Origin: Klebsormidium nitens
Lineage: Eukaryota; Plantae; Klebsormidiophyceae
Direction of reading: 5' to 3'
Assembly (NCBI GenBank): GCA_000708835.1
Contig: DF236981.1
Location: forward strand, 124,001 to 188,000
Length of the DNA stretch: 64,000 nt
This document shows, one piece after another, positions 61,501 to 64,000 of the stretch; within the stretch, counting starts at the first letter, position 1; every line of letters begins with the position of its first letter. The translations under genes and the position numbers were made by a program. Below the pieces are notes generated by a model. That model had not been told where the DNA came from. It worked only from the letters and a program-made list of their open reading frames with translations, and searched no databases.

Positions 61501-63580
61501 AGATTCTTCGAAAATTTTCGTTGTGGCTATGATTCCTCAGAAGTTCGTCGAGATCCATACGCTCGAGCACATCCTATTCTCCTCCGTTGCCATTCCAGGG
61601 GGAGTTAAAGACCCTGGAGTCGTCGTACTTTTTGTTCCCGTCCGTTTTGCAGCTCTTCCGCGGTACTTGCTCTTTCTGGAGTTCGTAGTCTTGCACACGG
61701 CCAAGCGCCTTCTAGTTTCCTCCCATTGCAACCTCAGCCCAAATTTAGAAACCGTACACTCGTTTTCTATCCCCTCATTATCGCAGCTCTTCCGCAAGTA
61801 CTTGCTGTCTCAGAAGGTCTCGAGATCCACATGTTTTAACTCCGCTTGCCCTTCCTTCCAGCCCAAAAACGCAGATGTTAAAAGTCTGACCCATCACCCC
61901 CTGTTTCGCAGCTCTTCCGCGAGTACCTTCTCTCCCAGAAGTTCGTTGAGATCCACACGCCCAAGCTCATCTCCGGCAGCAGCGAGGGCGGCGCGTCCGT
62001 GTTCCACCTGCAGTACCTCGGCCAGCCTGCGTGCCTCGCGCAGTCGCCGCAGCTGTACAAGCAGATGGCGATCATGGCCGACTTCGGGCGCGTCTTCGAA
62101 GTGGGGCCGGTCTTCCGGGCGGAGAAGTCGTTCACGCACCGGCACCTGTGAGCGAACGGAACGACTAGCTTGTTTGATTGTTCAGGTGTTGTTACCTGTA
62201 AGCAAATCAGGGACCTGGAGAAGTCATTCAAGCACCGACACCTGAGAGCGAACGGATCCACGTCGCTGGTCTGATACTTATGCATCGCTGCCTGCTCAAG
62301 CAAAGCGGAGGATCGAACGGATCCTGACGGCTCGTTTGATCTGTCCAAAAGCGAAAAGCTCATCTTATGAACATACAATCAGCATGAAATCAAAACGGAG
62401 CATTGTGCAGAAAAGTCGTTGGTACAAACTGTGGTACTCGGGAAGGCTTGCATTTGGTGCGTCTGCCCTGCGAGGCTGACTGCATGACTCGCTTGTGGAA
62501 TCTTTGTCGTCGCCCGAAACTTTTTCTTGCTGGTGCTTTCATAAAAGTCCTGCATGAACAAAAGGTCCCGCGATCAGGGTAGGATCAGGATACGATCCAC
62601 TCCATCGTAAAGCGTATCCTCATCCTGGCAGCTGCTTCGTAGTAAAGTTGCGCAAGTCGTGGCGGTCAGTTTTTATCTTTACACCTTCAAGTCTCTGGTG
62701 CTGGTTACAAATTTGTCGTGGGTAGAAGAAAGTTTACCACGTAGTCAAACTGCCCCACGGACCCTTAACATTCTCACTTTTAGCATTTCTGATTTCTCAT
62801 GTCCCTGATTTGATGTCACTGTTCCGTTCAGGACGGAGTTCACGGGCCTCGATTTTGAGATGGAGATCAAGGAGCACTACGAGGAGGTGCTGGACGTGAT
62901 CGACGGGCTGTTCGTGTCCATCTTCGAGGGGATCAACGCGCGGTGTCAAGAGGAGCTGGAGGCCGTCAACTCGCAGTACCCATACGAGCCGCTACAGGTA
63001 TTGGGTTTTGCGTCACCCCCGGGTTTGCTTTGAAGATGGGTTTGGGGTGAAGTTGTGAAGTGGTGCATTCTACCCTTCGACATTGCCGAGTGGTCGCTCT
63101 CTGGTTCTTGACGAAAGATTCGATCTCATTCAGTTTTATCAGCACGCAGAGTCGGCGATGTAGAATTTACTACTGATTTAGTAGACATCGAGAGCACGTT
63201 TTGGGGCGCCCTGCTTACGTTGCCATGATAAGCCTATAGTGCTTATATCAAGCGGAGTTGAACTTGTGCAACCTTATTTCGAGCTACTCTTTAAGAGCTA
63301 CAACGCAAGGAGTTAGAGGCCCAAAGCCTAGAAGCATCGATTCAAGCCTTACCAAGCATGTTCAATCTGCTATTCATACACTTGTCTATCCCAGTGTCAG
63401 CAAACTTGATCATCCCGCCAATCCCTTCTCGCTGCTTGTGCAGTTTCTGCCACAGGGCTGTCGCATCAAGTTTGCGGACGGAATCCAGATGCTGCACGAG
63501 GCAGGGTTCAAGGACGCGGACCCGCACGGGGACCTGTCCACGGAACTAGAGCGGGAACTCGGAAAGCTCGTCAAGGAAAA
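58518..63580 (+). CDS. Cytosolic aspartyl-tRNA synthetase (eukaryotic type), continues beyond the window
   Basis: Exons 58518-58653, 59219-59368, 59757-60079, 60532-60642, 61193-61306, 61912-62147, 62832-62997 and 63444-63580. Motifs: OB fold ([21 protein letters not shown]), [51 protein letters not shown], motif 2 [22 protein letters not shown], and [12 protein letters not shown]. Confidence 0.95.
61530..62258 (+). repeat. Decayed copies of both splice junctions of AspRS exon 61912-62147
   Basis: Acceptor/exon-start echoes at about 61538 (cagaagttcgtcgagatccatacgc), 61649 (gcagctcttccgcggtacttgctc) and 61783 (gcagctcttccgcaagtacttgctgtctcagaag). Donor echo at about 62223-62257 (gtcattcaagcaccgacacctgagagcgaacgga, with GT changed to GA). 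Confidence 0.85.
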
Positions 63581-64000
63581 GTGAGCAACACGCACCTGTT
63601 CGGCAGATTGACCTGTTTTGCCTGTCCCTCTTTCCATTCTTCCAAGATGCTGCAATTCGTGGGTTGTCCCCTCTGTGAAGGCTGTACCTTTTGGCTCGCA
63701 GTGGTTTTTTCTCGGATCCTTGGGAAGGGAGCGGAACAGAATGGTGTGGGCTCTGCGGGGTAAAGGGCATTCTTAAGAGTACGACTTGTCAGAAGTATCC
63801 AGAGGCTCTTTTCATGATAGCAGGTTAAAAGAGGGATATCTTAGAAAGTGGTCAGGCGAAGTGACCGCGTGCAAGCCTGTCCGAAAGGACGATTTTTCTC
63901 ACGCACGAGTCTTCGAGCTTGACTTGTTAAAGGTTCTCAATGTACCGACAAACAATGTCTTGAACAAAAGAAAGGACTCGCACACCATGATGATTTCCCT

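Noticed and set aside
1-64000. tRNA, rRNA or other structured RNA genes
   Set aside because: None recognisable by eye; a tRNAscan-SE/Infernal run would be needed to exclude them.

Overview
Eukaryotic, intron-rich genomic DNA with GC-rich exons and mostly GT-AG introns. The gene set and style suggest a streptophyte green alga, Klebsormidium-like (inference). I spliced the exons by hand; all family assignments rest on recalled consensus motifs, not on a database search. Genes in order: 3' part of an SRFR1/TTC13 homolog (+); a large disordered orphan protein (-); a GT106/RRT-type O-fucosyltransferase-family glycosyltransferase (-); a 25-exon, ~1129-aa gene (+, 22100-35855); a DUF4419 protein (-); an unknown low-complexity protein (+); an intronless 626-aa orphan membrane protein (+); a small heat-shock protein (-); an RTF2 homolog (-); and the 5' part of cytosolic aspartyl-tRNA synthetase (+). 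The main candidate new system is the 22100-35855 gene. It fuses a bacterial BcsA-like processive GT2 polysaccharide synthase to a complete C-terminal GH8 domain resembling the Rex exo-oligoxylanase subgroup. The GH8 general-acid Glu appears replaced by Gln, and the GT2 TED and QxxRW motifs read SGD and ERKRW. A second recurring signal is decayed tandem copies of splice junctions inside introns of four unrelated genes.
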